From Schmidtea nova (lineage: Eukaryota), in NCBI GenBank assembly GCA_044892505.1, contig CM097883.1:182094001-182158000 (forward strand): a stretch of 64,000 nt of DNA, written 5' to 3'. Below are positions 1 to 11,639 of this stretch, piece after piece. The translations under genes were made by a program, and so were the position numbers. The notes beneath the pieces were generated by a model that worked only from the letters and a program-made list of their open reading frames with translations, did no database searches and was not told where the DNA came from. Position 1 is the first letter of the stretch. Every line of letters starts with the position of its first letter.

Positions 1-2331
1 TTTACTGGACAAAAATCCTATAAATCTTTTGCCGGCCTTAATTGTGTAGAGGATTTCCTAAATGAAATAGAACTTATAAGTCGCCATATAGTAACACCGT
101 ACTATTATAAAAACGCTAATAAAGCTATGATAATTAGCAATGAGCAACAAATTGAATTTAACAACAGCACAATTTGTTATTTATGTAAAAAGCTATTATG
201 TCGACCTGTTAGGGACCATGACCATTTCACCGGTCTTTTTCTTGGAGCAGCTTGCTCAGAATGTAATAAAAATAGGCAGATTAGACATACCCTTCCTGTC
301 ATCTTTCACAATTTAAAGGGGTATGATCTACACCATATTCTAAAATATGGTTTATCTAAATACAGAAAATGGAATATTAGCTGTATTCCATTAACCAGTG
401 AAAAATTTCTTAGTCTTTTTGCTAGGATTGACTCTTTAACTGTCAAATTCATAGACTCATACCAATTCGTCAGCGAGTCTTTAAATAATGCTGTCAAAAC
501 TCTTACTTCCTTACCACTCACCGAATCAGAATTTCAGGGTACTATAATAACAGCCAAGGGCATTTTTCCCTATGATGCTGCAACTTCCTTAGAAGTTTTA
601 CATTCTACTTTAGCTCTCCCGCCGATCTGGAAAGATGTAAAGCCAGAAGAATATGCAATGGCACAAAGAATATGGGTTGAAACATCATGTAATTCACTTT
701 TTGATTACATGATGGTTTATTTAAAACTGGACGTTTTTTTACTTGCTGATTTTTTCCAGCAATTTCGTTTCAAGTCTATTAATCATAATAGACTTGAACC
801 TCTGAATTTCCTCGGGATTCCAAGTTTATCTTGGAGTTCTGCCTTAATGACCTTAGAATCTCCAATCGAGCTCCTCACCGATATGGAAATGTACAATTTT
901 TTCGAGGGCGGTATCCGTGGCGGACTAACTTTTATTAACAAACACTATGTAAAAACAAGCCCGGATACCGCATTGCTTTACATAGACATCAATAACTTGT
1001 ATGGATGGGCCTTAAGCCAACCTTTACCTTGTTCGAATTTTGAATGGGTCACAGATGACCACTTATTAAATGAAATCGTTTGTCAGTGCACATCGGTTGA
1101 TCTAGATGCACTTCATTATGGCTACACCATAGAAGTGGATTTGGAGATACCGGCATCAATTCACGACAAACTGGATGATCTTCCAGTTGCCGCTGAAAAG
1201 ATGTGTGCACCGGGATCCAAGGTTGAGAAGCTGATGCTCACGCATAATCCAAAGAAGAACTATGTTCTTCATTGGCGGCTTCTGCAACTATTTCTTAAAT
1301 TAGGCATCGTGATAACAAAGGTCCACAGGGCCATAAAATTTAATCAAAGCAAAATTTTTTTAAATTATATTAATACCAACACGACGTTACGATCGGCGTC
1401 AACAACTAAATTAGATCGAGATTTTTATAAATTATTAAACAACAGTCTTTACGGCAAGACTGTTGAAAATTTAAAAAAGCGTATTAATTTGCGCCTATGT
1501 AATAATGCCGAAAAATTATTAACTTATTGCTCGAAACCTACGTTTCGTAAAACTAATAAAATAGACAATGATCTTATTTCTGTCTTGCTGCGAAAGGAGT
1601 CAGTATGTTTGGATAGACCCAGCTACATCGGTCAAACTGTACTGGATTTATCCAAACTAAGAATGTACCAGCTACAGTATGTAGAGTTACAAAAATATCG
1701 TGACGACTACAACTGTAAGATTAACATCGTCGCTGGGGATACTGACTCCTTTTTTCTTGAGGTCAAAAACTGTAGTCTTGACACTCTTTTACCGGCTATG
1801 GTTAATGATTGCTTGCTGGACACCTCTAATTATGACCCTATGGATCCTTTATACAACAGAAACCTTGACTCTGTCATTGGAAAGTTCAAAGACGAGAGTA
1901 AAGGGATGTTGTATAAAGAGTGGGTGTTTCTTAGACCGAAATGCTACAGTTTAATGGGTGATGAGGAAAGTATGAAGGCTAAGGGGATATGCATGAAGGA
2001 TACTGGACTAACTCATCAGTCGTATCTCGATTGCTATTTAAATAACAAGATCTATAAGGTCCCCCAGTTTAGGATAACATCGAAAAATCACCAGCTTTTT
2101 AGTGTGAAAAATAATAAGCGTGCATTAAACTGTAGAGATGATAAGCGCAATTGGGTAGGGAAAAATAAAAGCCTGGCATATGGCCATTATAGAGGGGGTA
2201 ACAGTATTTTAGATACGGAGCAGCCTCAGCAGCAGATTCAACAACAACAACAGATACAACAGCTACAACAACAGCTACAAAATGATCCGTATTTATTTTA
2301 CGAAGAGCCGGAGCATAATTATTTGCAATGA
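1..2331 (+). CDS. Protein-primed family B DNA polymerase (Polinton type), 5' end outside window
   Basis: Frame 1 is open from base 1. Motifs: CYLC..RDHDHFTG..GAAC..CN, HNLKGYD exonuclease, YIDINNLYG, KLLNNSLYGK, GDTDS, KCYS. The C-terminus is Q-rich. Confidence 0.93.
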   Translation, partial: FTGQKSYKSFAGLNCVEDFLNEIELISRHIVTPYYYKNANKAMIISNEQQIEFNNSTICYLCKKLLCRPVRDHDHFTGLFLGAACSECNKNRQIRHTLPVIFHNLKGYDLHHILKYGLSKYRKWNISCIPLTSEKFLSLFARIDSLTVKFIDSYQFVSESLNNAVKTLTSLPLTESEFQGTIITAKGIFPYDAATSLEVLHSTLALPPIWKDVKPEEYAMAQRIWVETSCNSLFDYMMVYLKLDVFLLADFFQQFRFKSINHNRLEPLNFLGIPSLSWSSALMTLESPIELLTDMEMYNFFEGGIRGGLTFINKHYVKTSPDTALLYIDINNLYGWALSQPLPCSNFEWVTDDHLLNEIVCQCTSVDLDALHYGYTIEVDLEIPASIHDKLDDLPVAAEKMCAPGSKVEKLMLTHNPKKNYVLHWRLLQLFLKLGIVITKVHRAIKFNQSKIFLNYINTNTTLRSASTTKLDRDFYKLLNNSLYGKTVENLKKRINLRLCNNAEKLLTYCSKPTFRKTNKIDNDLISVLLRKESVCLDRPSYIGQTVLDLSKLRMYQLQYVELQKYRDDYNCKINIVAGDTDSFFLEVKNCSLDTLLPAMVNDCLLDTSNYDPMDPLYNRNLDSVIGKFKDESKGMLYKEWVFLRPKCYSLMGDEESMKAKGICMKDTGLTHQSYLDCYLNNKIYKVPQFRITSKNHQLFSVKNNKRALNCRDDKRNWVGKNKSLAYGHYRGGNSILDTEQPQQQIQQQQQIQQLQQQLQNDPYLFYEEPEHNYLQ

Positions 2332-2559
2332 TGGCTGGAAAAATTATCTAATCAGAAAATGGAAAAAGAAAAATAAGAGAAAATCAAAAAACAAAATTCA
2401 AAAAATCAAAAAACAGAAAATCAAAAAAAAAAAAAAAAAAACAGAAAGATATGCGAATGCACAATCGGCCCTCTTCAGGGCCACAATTTATGATTGTTAA
2501 AAAGTTTTTGCAATTTTAGATTTTTAGAAAACAGTACCGATAATAAAACAGAAAGGAAA

Positions 2560-2710
2560 ACAGATTCAGAAACCAGAAAATAAAACTGAAAAGAAATATG
2601 AAAAGTAACCGAAAAGAAAATACATAAAAGAAATATGAAAACCGAAAAGAAAAACCGAAAAGAAATATGAAAACCGAAAAGAAAAAACGAAAAGAAATAT
2701 GAAAAAAGAT
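2560..2710. repeat. Degenerate tandem repeat GAAAAGAAATATGAAAACC
   Basis: Several imperfect copies are visible downstream of the pPolB stop. Confidence 0.75.
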
Positions 2711-2829
2711 TGAGAATGAAATAATGGTCCTCTTTAGGGCCTTATTTTATGATTGTAAATAATATTGCGCAATCAATAAAAACTATGAAAATATTTTATT
2801 TTGTTTTGTTTGTTTGTTTTTGAAATTAT

Positions 2830-3331
2830 TTTTATAAGTTAATATTATTATTTTTTATAAGTTATTATAATTATAAGTTATCATTATTATTTTTATAAGT
2901 TATTATTATTATTTTTATAAGTTATTATTATTATTAATATTATAAGTTATTATTATTATTATTATTATTAATATTATTATTAACACTATCATTAACACTA
3001 TCATTATTCTTTTTTTTTTATAAGTTATTATTATTATTATTATTAACACTATTATNNNNNNNNNNNNNNNNNNNNNNNNNNNNNNNNNNNNNNNNNNNNN
3101 NNNNNNNNNNNNNNNNNNNNNNNNNNNNNNNNNNNNNNNNNNNNNNNNNNNNNNNNNNNNNNNNNNNNNNNNNNNNNNNNNNNNNNNNNNNNNNNNNNNN
3201 NNNNNNNNNNNNNNNNNNNNNNNNNNNNNNNNNNNNNNNNNNNNNNNNNNNNNNNNNNNNNNNNNNNNNNNNNNNNNNNNNNNNNNNNNNNNNNNNNNNN
3301 NNNNNNNNNNNNNNNNNNNNNNTATCACTAA

Positions 3332-3404
<73 letters not shown>

Positions 3405-3446
3405 AGTTACTATCACTATTATCACTAATATTATCATTATTATCAA

Positions 3447-3519
<73 letters not shown>

Positions 3520-3543
3520 AGTTACTATCACTATTATCACTAA

Positions 3544-3607
<64 letters not shown>

Positions 3608-3625
3608 TTTATTATTATTATTAAA
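2830..3625. repeat. (TAT)n microsatellite / low-complexity tract spanning an N gap
   Basis: Long ATT runs on both sides of the N run 3056-3322. Confidence 0.95.
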
Positions 3626-3996
3626 ATGATTGCCAAAATAATGATGAAAATAGTTGAACGATTAAAATGTATCAATCAAACTTTTGTTAAAAAAGAATAT
3701 GAAGTCAGATACCAAAATCAAACAGTTGAAAATGAAAAAAACAGCCATTGTATTACATTATATAAGTTTATTTATATTAATAATTATAATGATGTTATCG
3801 GCATCCATACGGCTGGAGAAGATTTCAAATATTCCAAAGAATAATATTCCGACAAATACTAGTATTCCGATGAATAATATTACAATGAATAATATTCCTA
3901 TGAATAATATTCCGAGTAATCCAGATGTAAATAATTTTGAAACTAAATTTTGTACACGTACACAACGATATATTTATAAATAAATTTAATTTTCAA

Positions 3997-4132
3997 TGTC
4001 TTTGTTCATGTTGCACGTGTATTGCAAAGTCTTGCACGTGTATTGCATTGTCTTTGTTTAAGTTGCACGCGTGTTGCAAAGTCTTGCACGTGTATTGCAT
4101 TGTCTTTGTTTAAGTTGCACGCGTGTTGCAAA
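3997..4132. repeat. 52-bp tandem repeat, about 2.6 copies, rich in TGCACGTG/TGCACGCG
   Basis: Units start at 3997, 4049 and 4101. Confidence 0.85.
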
Positions 4133-4169
4133 CCTTTCGATGACTAATATTTCTGTTAAAATTATTTAT

Positions 4170-4882
4170 GTAAAAAAAAAATTTGTGTAAAAAAAAAAAA
4201 ATTTACAATTATAAATTTGGCGGGAAAAAAAATTTGAAAAAAAAAATTTTTAAAAATTTAAAAAATTTTTGGCGCGAAAAAATAATTTTTGAAAAAAAAA
4301 AAAAAAAAAAAAAAAATTTAGCCCCCCCCCCCGGGGGGGGTCTCGAAAAAGTTCTTTGTTTAAAAATTTTTACGCCCACGCATTAAAAAGTTCTTTGTTT
4401 AAATTTTTTACGCCCACGCATAAAAAAGTTCTTTGTTTAAAAAAAAATTTTAAAAAAAAATTTGTATGAAAAAAAAATTTGTGAAAAAAAAATTTGTGAA
4501 AAAAAAAAAAAAATTTGTGTTAAAAAATTTTGTGTTAAAAAATTTTGTGTTGAAAAAATTTGTGTTAAAAATTTTATGTTAAAAAATTTTGTGTTAAAAA
4601 ATTTTGTGTTGAAAAAAATTTGTGTTGAAAAAATTTGTGTTAAAAAATTTTATGTTAAAAAATTTTGTTAAAAAATTTTGTGTTAAAAAATTTTGTGTTA
4701 AAAAATTTTGTGTTAAAAAATTTTGTGTTAAAAAATTTTGTGTTGAAAAAATTTGTGTTAAAAAAAAATTTGTGTTAAAAAAAAATTTGTGTTAAAAAAA
4801 AATTTTGTGTTAAAAAATTTTGAAATTTAAATTTGGCGCGAAAAAAAATTTTTCAAAAAAAAATTCAAAAATTTTTGGCGCG

Positions 4883-4916
<34 letters not shown>

Positions 4917-4985
4917 TTGACCCCCCCCCCGGGGGGGGTTCGGAAAAAAAAGTTCTTTGTTTAAAATTTTCCGCCCACGCATTAT
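4170..4985. repeat. Subterminal complex repeat: two direct copies of a block with a C-run/G-run palindrome, separated by an (AAAAAATTTTGTGTT)n array
   Basis: TTTGGCGCGAAAA...CCCCCCCCCGGGGGGG...GTTCTTTGTTTAAAA...CGCCCACGCA occurs at ~4215-4385 and ~4820-4985. A 15-16 bp array lies at ~4460-4810. Homopolymer lengths may be sequencing error. Confidence 0.8.
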
Positions 4986-5849
4986 GACTCATTTCTTTGT
5001 GTTTGACTCCACACATCTACCTACTCATTAACTAGATATGATATTTAAAACTAACTGATTCTAAATGTAGTGTCATAAAATTAAATTTATTACTTTGAAT
5101 AATTGAATTAATCTTAAGTTGATTATCAGTTTTTAAAAAGGTATACTTTTTATATTTTTTAAAAGGTATATTTTTTATTAAATAAAGTTCTTTAAATTTT
5201 GAATATATTTAAAATACAAATGACTTTTAATCCAAAGCTCTATTGAAATCATTGTTCATCTAATTCTTCACTTGCTAACTAACATGTATAATTAATTTAA
5301 AAATCATTATAAAAACTCCGTTAACTAGGTAAACCTATTAAAATGATAAGTAAGCAACTAATGAAATGTTTTTTGATACTTCTTATTACATGTTCAAATT
5401 AATTTTTCACTCCGTTAATTTAAAGGATTAAATAAATAAATATTCAATTAATTCTTTATTGATTGTCAATAAATTCTAAAATTAATAAAATGTATTCAAA
5501 AATTTCAATACAAATATTTATTTATTAAACATTTTTATTAACCACGCTAAACAGTGCTACCACGTGTTTTTTGTCATTGGATTCTAGTATCAGATTCTGT
5601 TATATTCAATTCACATCAACATAGCAGCGAATAATCTAATCCCATTGGATAAAACATGTGTATTTTATTGGGTTTCACATAGGGGTGTGTGGTCTAGAGG
5701 GCCACTGGTCTTAGGGGCCATTAACTATCTACTTATATGAATTTGACAGAATGTCGCGATTAAATAATTGTAATTTAACTATTTTTTAAAGTCAAATATT
5801 ACAATAGCCGTTTTATTAACATCCTGTAGCTTTATATTTAATTCATTTA

Positions 5850-6010
5850 ATTGTGAAAATAAATCAGTAAAAAAATAATTATGCAAGGCATTCTACATCC
5901 AATAATTGACTGTGTTGCTCAATAATATTCTCCTTATTTAGAAATAATCTAATTTTCACTAAACAATTTACAGATCTTTGCAAAACATTTCCGTGGCTAA
6001 ACCATTGTAC
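5850..6010 (-). pseudogene. Possible hAT (Charlie/ZBED5-like) transposase remnant
   Basis: The minus strand reads QWFSHGNVLQRSVNCLVKIRLFLNKE, resembling the hAT RWLSRG.vL.rf..l..eI..FL motif. Confidence 0.4.
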
Positions 6011-6051
6011 ATTATTGTATAAAAGTAAGCTATTGTATGATGACTTTAAAC

Positions 6052-7187
6052 CAGGGGTCTCAAACTCAAACTAGCCTGCGGGCCGCATTAGACTAGTATC
6101 ATAAGCCGGCGGGCCGCAGCATAATTTTTTATGAAAATAAATACTCAAGAATGTATCATAATTGCAATTTATTAGAAAGAGGAAAAAAACATTATTATGA
6201 ACATAAAAATGTAACACAAAATTATTTAAATAAAGACAAACAAAGTGTCAAATATATTATTTTTATTTCTGGCTACTTAGTTGGCAACGTTTAGCAGCCA
6301 CAAGAGCAACAATATTAGGAACAATCTTTTGAGATGTGTCCAGTCTTAGTGTTGCTTGCAAATTTTCGTCACTTAACTTTGTTCTTGTTGAAGATTTGTT
6401 GAATTTCATCAATGAAAAGAAATGTTCACAAAGATAGGTGCTTCCAAACATTGCAATTATTTTTACTGCCTGAGAATGCAAACTTGGAAATCTTTCTTGT
6501 TGGAGATATGAATATATGAATGATTTTAACTGAATAATTTTCTCTTCTCTTAATTTTCCATGGAATTTGTTGAATTTGTTGCCATGAAGTGTGTTATAGT
6601 GGCGACTATGATTGAACTCTTTTGCTACCGCAATTGTTTGATGACAAATAAGACACACAATTCGGTCCTTTGTTTCAATAAAAAATACATATCTTCCCAC
6701 TTGTCTTGAAACTTTCTGTTTTCATCTTCAATTTTTCTTTTTAATGTCACCATATCTGTTTCCAACTCAACATCCATTTTTGATTTATTTTTGATAGGCA
6801 TTTTATATATTATTTATTTTATTTGGAGCTGTTGAAAAAATTAAGTAAAAATTATTGAATAATTCGTTAAAATTTACGACAATGATCAAATTATTTTATT
6901 ATAACGTTTGATTATGTTTTGTTTTAGTCAAATTTTAAACAAAAAAATATTATAATTTTCTTAAATAAGCATTTCTTTTAGTAATAATAATAAGTTTTTA
7001 ATAAGTTTAATAATAAGTTTTTCTTTAATAAGCATTCATAAAAATATTGAAGTCATGCTTTTAATTTTAAAAAAATCAATTTAAAAACTTATGCAGTTCT
7101 TGTTATTTAATTAATTTGAATTTGAAATTATAAACTTATTTTGGTAATTTATGAAAGTCTTCGCGGGCCGCGTGTTTGAGACGCCTG
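6052..7187 (-). mobile_element. Internally deleted hAT transposon (SPIN/Charlie, GTF2IRD2-like)
   Basis: TIRs CAGGGGTCTCAAAC / GTTTGAGACGCCTG; 8-bp TSD CTTTAAAC / CTATAAAC. ORF 6263-6700 joins the N-terminal zinc finger (CLICH..HY...H) to the C-terminal FGSTYLCE..FS dimerisation motif. Confidence 0.88.
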
Positions 7188-7699
7188 CTATAAACCAATG
7201 ATATTGTAGTAATTNNNNNNNNNNNNNNNNNNNNNNNNNNNNNNNNNNNNNNNNNNNNNNNNNNNNNNNNNNNNNNNNNNNNNNNNNNNNNNNNNNNNNN
7301 NNNNNNNNNNNNNNNNNNNNNNNNNNNNNNNNNNNNNNNNNNNNNNNNNNNNGTTAGTAGAGTTAATTAAAGTATAATAATAAGGTAAAATTGTTAAGTC
7401 TTTCTTCGAAATGTTTATTTAGTAAAATATTTCGATCTTAAAAAGATTCTGATCACTCCAATACGAAATTCTTTTCAATTGACTTCCTACTTCCAGAATA
7501 TTTTCTTACTCCTGAATTCTGATTTAATATAAATTATTGAAACAATTTTAAGATTTATTCTCGAGATAGATTAAATTAAAATTTTTATTTATTAATCTTC
7601 TATGATTAGAGCGTTATAAAAAATTATATACAGAATCATAATTATATACAAAAAAGAGCATTTTATTATAGAAAAGATTTTGATTATTGGTGACAATGT

Positions 7700-7975
7700 G
7701 ACAAAAATGAAACTTTTGAAGATGAAAGAGTTGAAGTTCGAGACTTTGTCGAACCCTCCATATTCACCTGACCAGTCACTTATGCCTTTTTACTTTTTTT
7801 AAACACCTGGAACATTAACTTAATAATAAAATTCAGAAAGCAGTGTGAAATTGAAGAGGCCTTTAACAAATTCATCACCTCCCGCAATGATAAATTTTAC
7901 AAGAAAGAAATTAATGACTTACTGTCAAGATGGAAGAACTGCATAGATACAAAATGGAACTATTCTGACTGAATA
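7700..7975 (+). pseudogene. Mariner transposase C-terminal fragment
   Basis: NPPYSPD..., FFKHL..., INDLLSRWKNCID..WNYSD*, matching the mariner HPPYSPDL...RWQKCVD..G.YFD terminus. Confidence 0.8.
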
Positions 7976-8156
7976 ATGTAGTTTTTTTGTTGCTTTTAAT
8001 GAAAAAGAATTTGGTATGTTCATCGGCAATTTTCTTATTTTTTTTGCACAAAATTATTTACATATATAATGTGATTTAAATTTAAAAAAACAATTGCACA
8101 AATTAATGATATTATTTGAAAATTAATTATGAAATTAAAACAGCAATTAGTATTAC

Positions 8157-8741
8157 CCGGCATGAATTAAACACTTTTTTCATTTGTTGCATTGTCATTG
8201 GCTTTTCATCACGTGTTTTTGTAGGCACAACTAATTCCAATCTCAAACATAGCCAATATTTCATTAAACTATATGCAAATCTTGATGACCGACGGATTAT
8301 TTCAGCATTTATAACTTGAATTTCACTCTCAATCAACGGCCACACTGATTGATGGAGCGTTAAATTACCAGAAATGTTCCAATATGGAACGAGTGGTTCA
8401 CGAGATTTTAAATACACTTCATCGAGCCACCACTGTTGATATAATGGAAATTAAACTTTAGCAAGCTACTATTGATGAATTATTACATTTTCCAACCAAT
8501 TATCAAAGAATTTAGATCGTGATATTAGGGCACTTTGTAGTTTTTGTGACTCCTCGCTATTCAAAAATTTTTCAATGAGATTTTTAAGATTATTTAAATC
8601 TTCAGTAACGAGAGCACTAACAGAGCGAAAATATAACTCAAATGTTTCTTTTAAAGTTGGAATTGGAAGTTTTGGCAATTTATCATCGAAATAAAAAGTT
8701 TCAGCATTTGATTTTATAACTTTAGTTAACGGAGTATGCAT
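8157..8741 (-). CDS. Choline/carnitine O-acyltransferase family (CROT/CRAT-like): two 5' exons (8741-8487, 8432-8157); remainder not found
   Basis: TFYFDDKLPKLPIPTLKET...NWLEN, then a 54-bp GT-AG intron (8486-8433), then WWLDEVYLKSREPL...MTMQQMKKVFNSCR, followed by a GTAATA donor at 8156. Confidence 0.75.
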
Positions 8742-9269
8742 TTATTTTATTAATTGATTTAAACAATCTTGGGGTTTACGCAGTTTATGAATTTAAATAA
8801 TTTGTAAAATAATTTAATAAATTAAATTAGAATGATTAAATATTGTAGTGCCTCTGCTTTATGCATATTTATAATATACAGTATATACTAAATTAAAATA
8901 TTTATTTATTTATAATATACTATACATAAAAAATTAGAATTTAAATAAAATACGGTTGTTTGAATATTCAAGAAAAAGCACAAAAAATGCAAGAGAATAT
9001 GGTGGTCACGTCTAGCTGCGACCATATTAAAATTTAATTGAAATATTTATGGAATTTGGATTAGTTTGAGGGATTGGGGGATAGGGGGACCTTTTTAATT
9101 TCTAAATTTAAAATGTTTGGGTTTTTGAAAACATTTGGTTTGATTGGTTTTTTAATTAAATAAAATGAATCAATTTTGGGGTAATTTGGATTTTTTTTAA
9201 TTCAAAAAAGCTGTAAATTAAACAAAATATGTTCGGTATTTTGTTAAAAATTTGAAATTTCAATCAATG

Positions 9270-9601
9270 TCCTGGCATTATTTTGGACATTATTTATTAT
9301 TATTCAACAAAACGGAGTGGAAATTATTGCTTACGATCAAGGAAATAATACAAGTCACATACCGATGCAGAGCGATTGATTGGAGATGCTGCAAAAAGCC
9401 AAGTTACAATGACACCAAATAATACAGTTTTTAGGCTCCAAATTTGATGAACCGTCTGTGCAGAGTGACATGAATCATTGTTCATTCTATGTTATCAATG
9501 AAACTGGAAGACCGAAAATACGCGTTGAATTCAAAGGTGAAACAGAAATATTTTCCCCAGAATAAATCTCATCGATGGTGCTGATAAAAATTAGAGAAAT
9601 T
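9270..9601 (+). pseudogene. HSP70 N-terminal fragment (degenerate)
   Basis: Reads [52 protein letters not shown], with deletions and stops. Confidence 0.85.
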
Positions 9602-10245
9602 GTTCACTGACAAGCTGGTCAATGTGGTAACCAAATTGTTGCCAAGTTTTTGGGAAGTTATTTCTGATGAGCGTGGTGTTGAGCAAACTGGTACATACCA
9701 CGGAGATTCCGATTTTCAACTAGAAAGAATTAATATATATTATAATGAAGCTACTGGTGTTAAGTATGTTCCCCGAGCAGTTCTGATTAATTTGGTTCAG
9801 GAATTATGGATTCTGTGAGAGCTGGATCATTTGGTAAATTATTCAGACTAGACAACTTCGTTTTCAGACAAAGTGGAGCTGGAAATAACTGGGCCAAAGG
9901 ACATTACAGCGAAAGAGCAGAATAAGTCGATTCTGTTTTATATATTGCACGAAAAGAAGCTGAATCTTGTGATTGTTTGTGACGTTGTCAATCGACCCAC
10001 TCGTTGAGAGGAGGGATAGGATCTAGTAGGGAAATCCTCCTTATCTCTAATATCAGAAAAAATATCCAGACAGAACTATGAACACATTCTCGGTTGTGTT
10101 ATCAACCAAAGTGTCAGACACCATTGTTGAACTATACAATGTTACGTTTTTAGTCGACAATCGGTTGGAAATACAAAAGAAACTTTCTGTACTGACAATG
10201 AAGTCTTATGCGATATTTGCTTTAGAACTTTGAGATTAGCTGCGA
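9590..10245 (+). pseudogene. Beta-tubulin N-terminal ~220 codons (degenerate, no introns seen)
   Basis: [80 protein letters not shown], with frameshifts and stops. Confidence 0.92.
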
Positions 10246-10729
10246 AAACCAGATGGAGTACAAGCAAGATAATAAAATACAGCACGCATCACCAATCTAT
10301 TTTATATGTAATAAAATTTTGTGGTTATTTATCGTTTTTTGTTCAGTCTAGATAATTATGGTCAGAACCTGTCAAATTTTAGTTGTTTGAAAGATTTCAC
10401 TAATTCTAGTCAGTTTCCAAGTTATCAGTCAGATCCTTTCGTTTTATATTTCTTTCCTTTGGAACTCAGTTGGTCTCGTCGTAGAAATTCACCTATGAGT
10501 CATCACAAAGTTGATAAGTTCGCAAAATATTCAATATATTTTAATAAATTCCACACCCGAATCGAATTCCATGTTTCGCTCAAATAAATTTAATCGATCA
10601 ATTACTTTTGCAGAACCTGTTGAAAAGAAATTCCACTTTTTTCTTGGGAAATGGGGTATTTCAAGCAAAGATTTAAATCGACCTAGAATTATAGCCATTG
10701 ATGGGAAGAATGAAACCATTCACAATAAA

Positions 10730-11225
10730 AAAACGGAAATCATCGAGCAATCAATGAATAATATCCTCCAATTCATCTTTGTTAATAACTAAACATTTCA
10801 CTTGAAATCCAATAGCTATCTTGTTCAAGATTTAGCATCACATTCGATTTTTTACCCAATGGACGTCGTGCAACTTTAACATGAGGTCAACGATCCAGAA
10901 TTGTTTGTAGAGTTGTCTTATAATCGAATAATCGAGCTGGTAATGAATGAAAATCTTACTTGGGTTGGATTTCATTGTAATCACGACTTGGCATATATTC
11001 TGAAAATTGTAACCAGTAAGAAAGAAAGGTCAGATAATTATCAGGATTTTTCAGAATTGTCGCAAATTTATTCCCCGAAAACAATATATCTCAATACATT
11101 GGCGCCAGAGGCTCGTGCAAAGCACTACGTTCTACAAGAATTCACAAACACGTTAAAAGTGGAACGACTGAGAAGTCAAATTCAATCCAGTAGCGATTTG
11201 AGATTAACGAGTGAGTCGTATTTTA
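10730..11225 (+). pseudogene. CAF1/POP2 (CNOT7-like) deadenylase fragment
   Basis: LVMNENLTWVGFHCNHDLAYILKIVT...LKVERL..QIQSSSDLRLT resembles CAF1 W.tFHsgYDfgYL.K.LT...lERig.qHQAGSDsLLT. Catalytic residues look eroded. Confidence 0.6.
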
Positions 11226-11639
11226 AAAATATTTTTTATTATATTATATTATATAATATTTTATATTTATTTATATTATTTACATTTATAGTAACTTATA
11301 AAATGTTTTACAAACTCACTCTTCCCAAATTCCTTACCCCGTCATTTTCTACACCCAAACTACAAATTACGGTCGCTACCCTACCGGTTTATCCACCATA
11401 ATCTCTATCCTGACGCGCTTTAATCACAAAATACGAGAAGTCACCGTCACCACGGATTTACACACTGACATCGGCGCCTCTCTTCGCATCAATGAGACAT
11501 CCTTTTACATGTCGTGCAACGGGTTCCGAGTTTCGTCAATCACTTAGGTTCTTTCCAATTCAATCTTAGACATCCACTGTCACATCCTAAGGGGCGTTCG
11601 TACCGCAGCAGAACCGTCTTCCTCATCCGGCTCCTTTCA

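Larger units (their letters stand above)
1..5025 (+). mobile_element. Polinton/Maverick element, right-hand part (pPolB plus repeat-rich terminal region)
   Basis: Protein-primed PolB ORF followed by tandem-repeat-rich terminal DNA. It ends at ...CATCTACCTACT (5025), whose reverse complement AGTAGGTAG resembles the AG-rich Polinton terminus. The left end and TSD are outside the window. Confidence 0.7.

Noticed and set aside
2915-3675. Poly-Ile / poly-Asn ORFs
   Set aside because: Translations of the (TAT)n microsatellite and N gap.
3626-3983. Two short ORFs that might be Polinton genes
   Set aside because: Low complexity, no recognisable motif; cannot be supported.
4183-5016. K/F-rich ORFs
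   Set aside because: Artefacts of tandem repeats and homopolymers in the Polinton terminal region.
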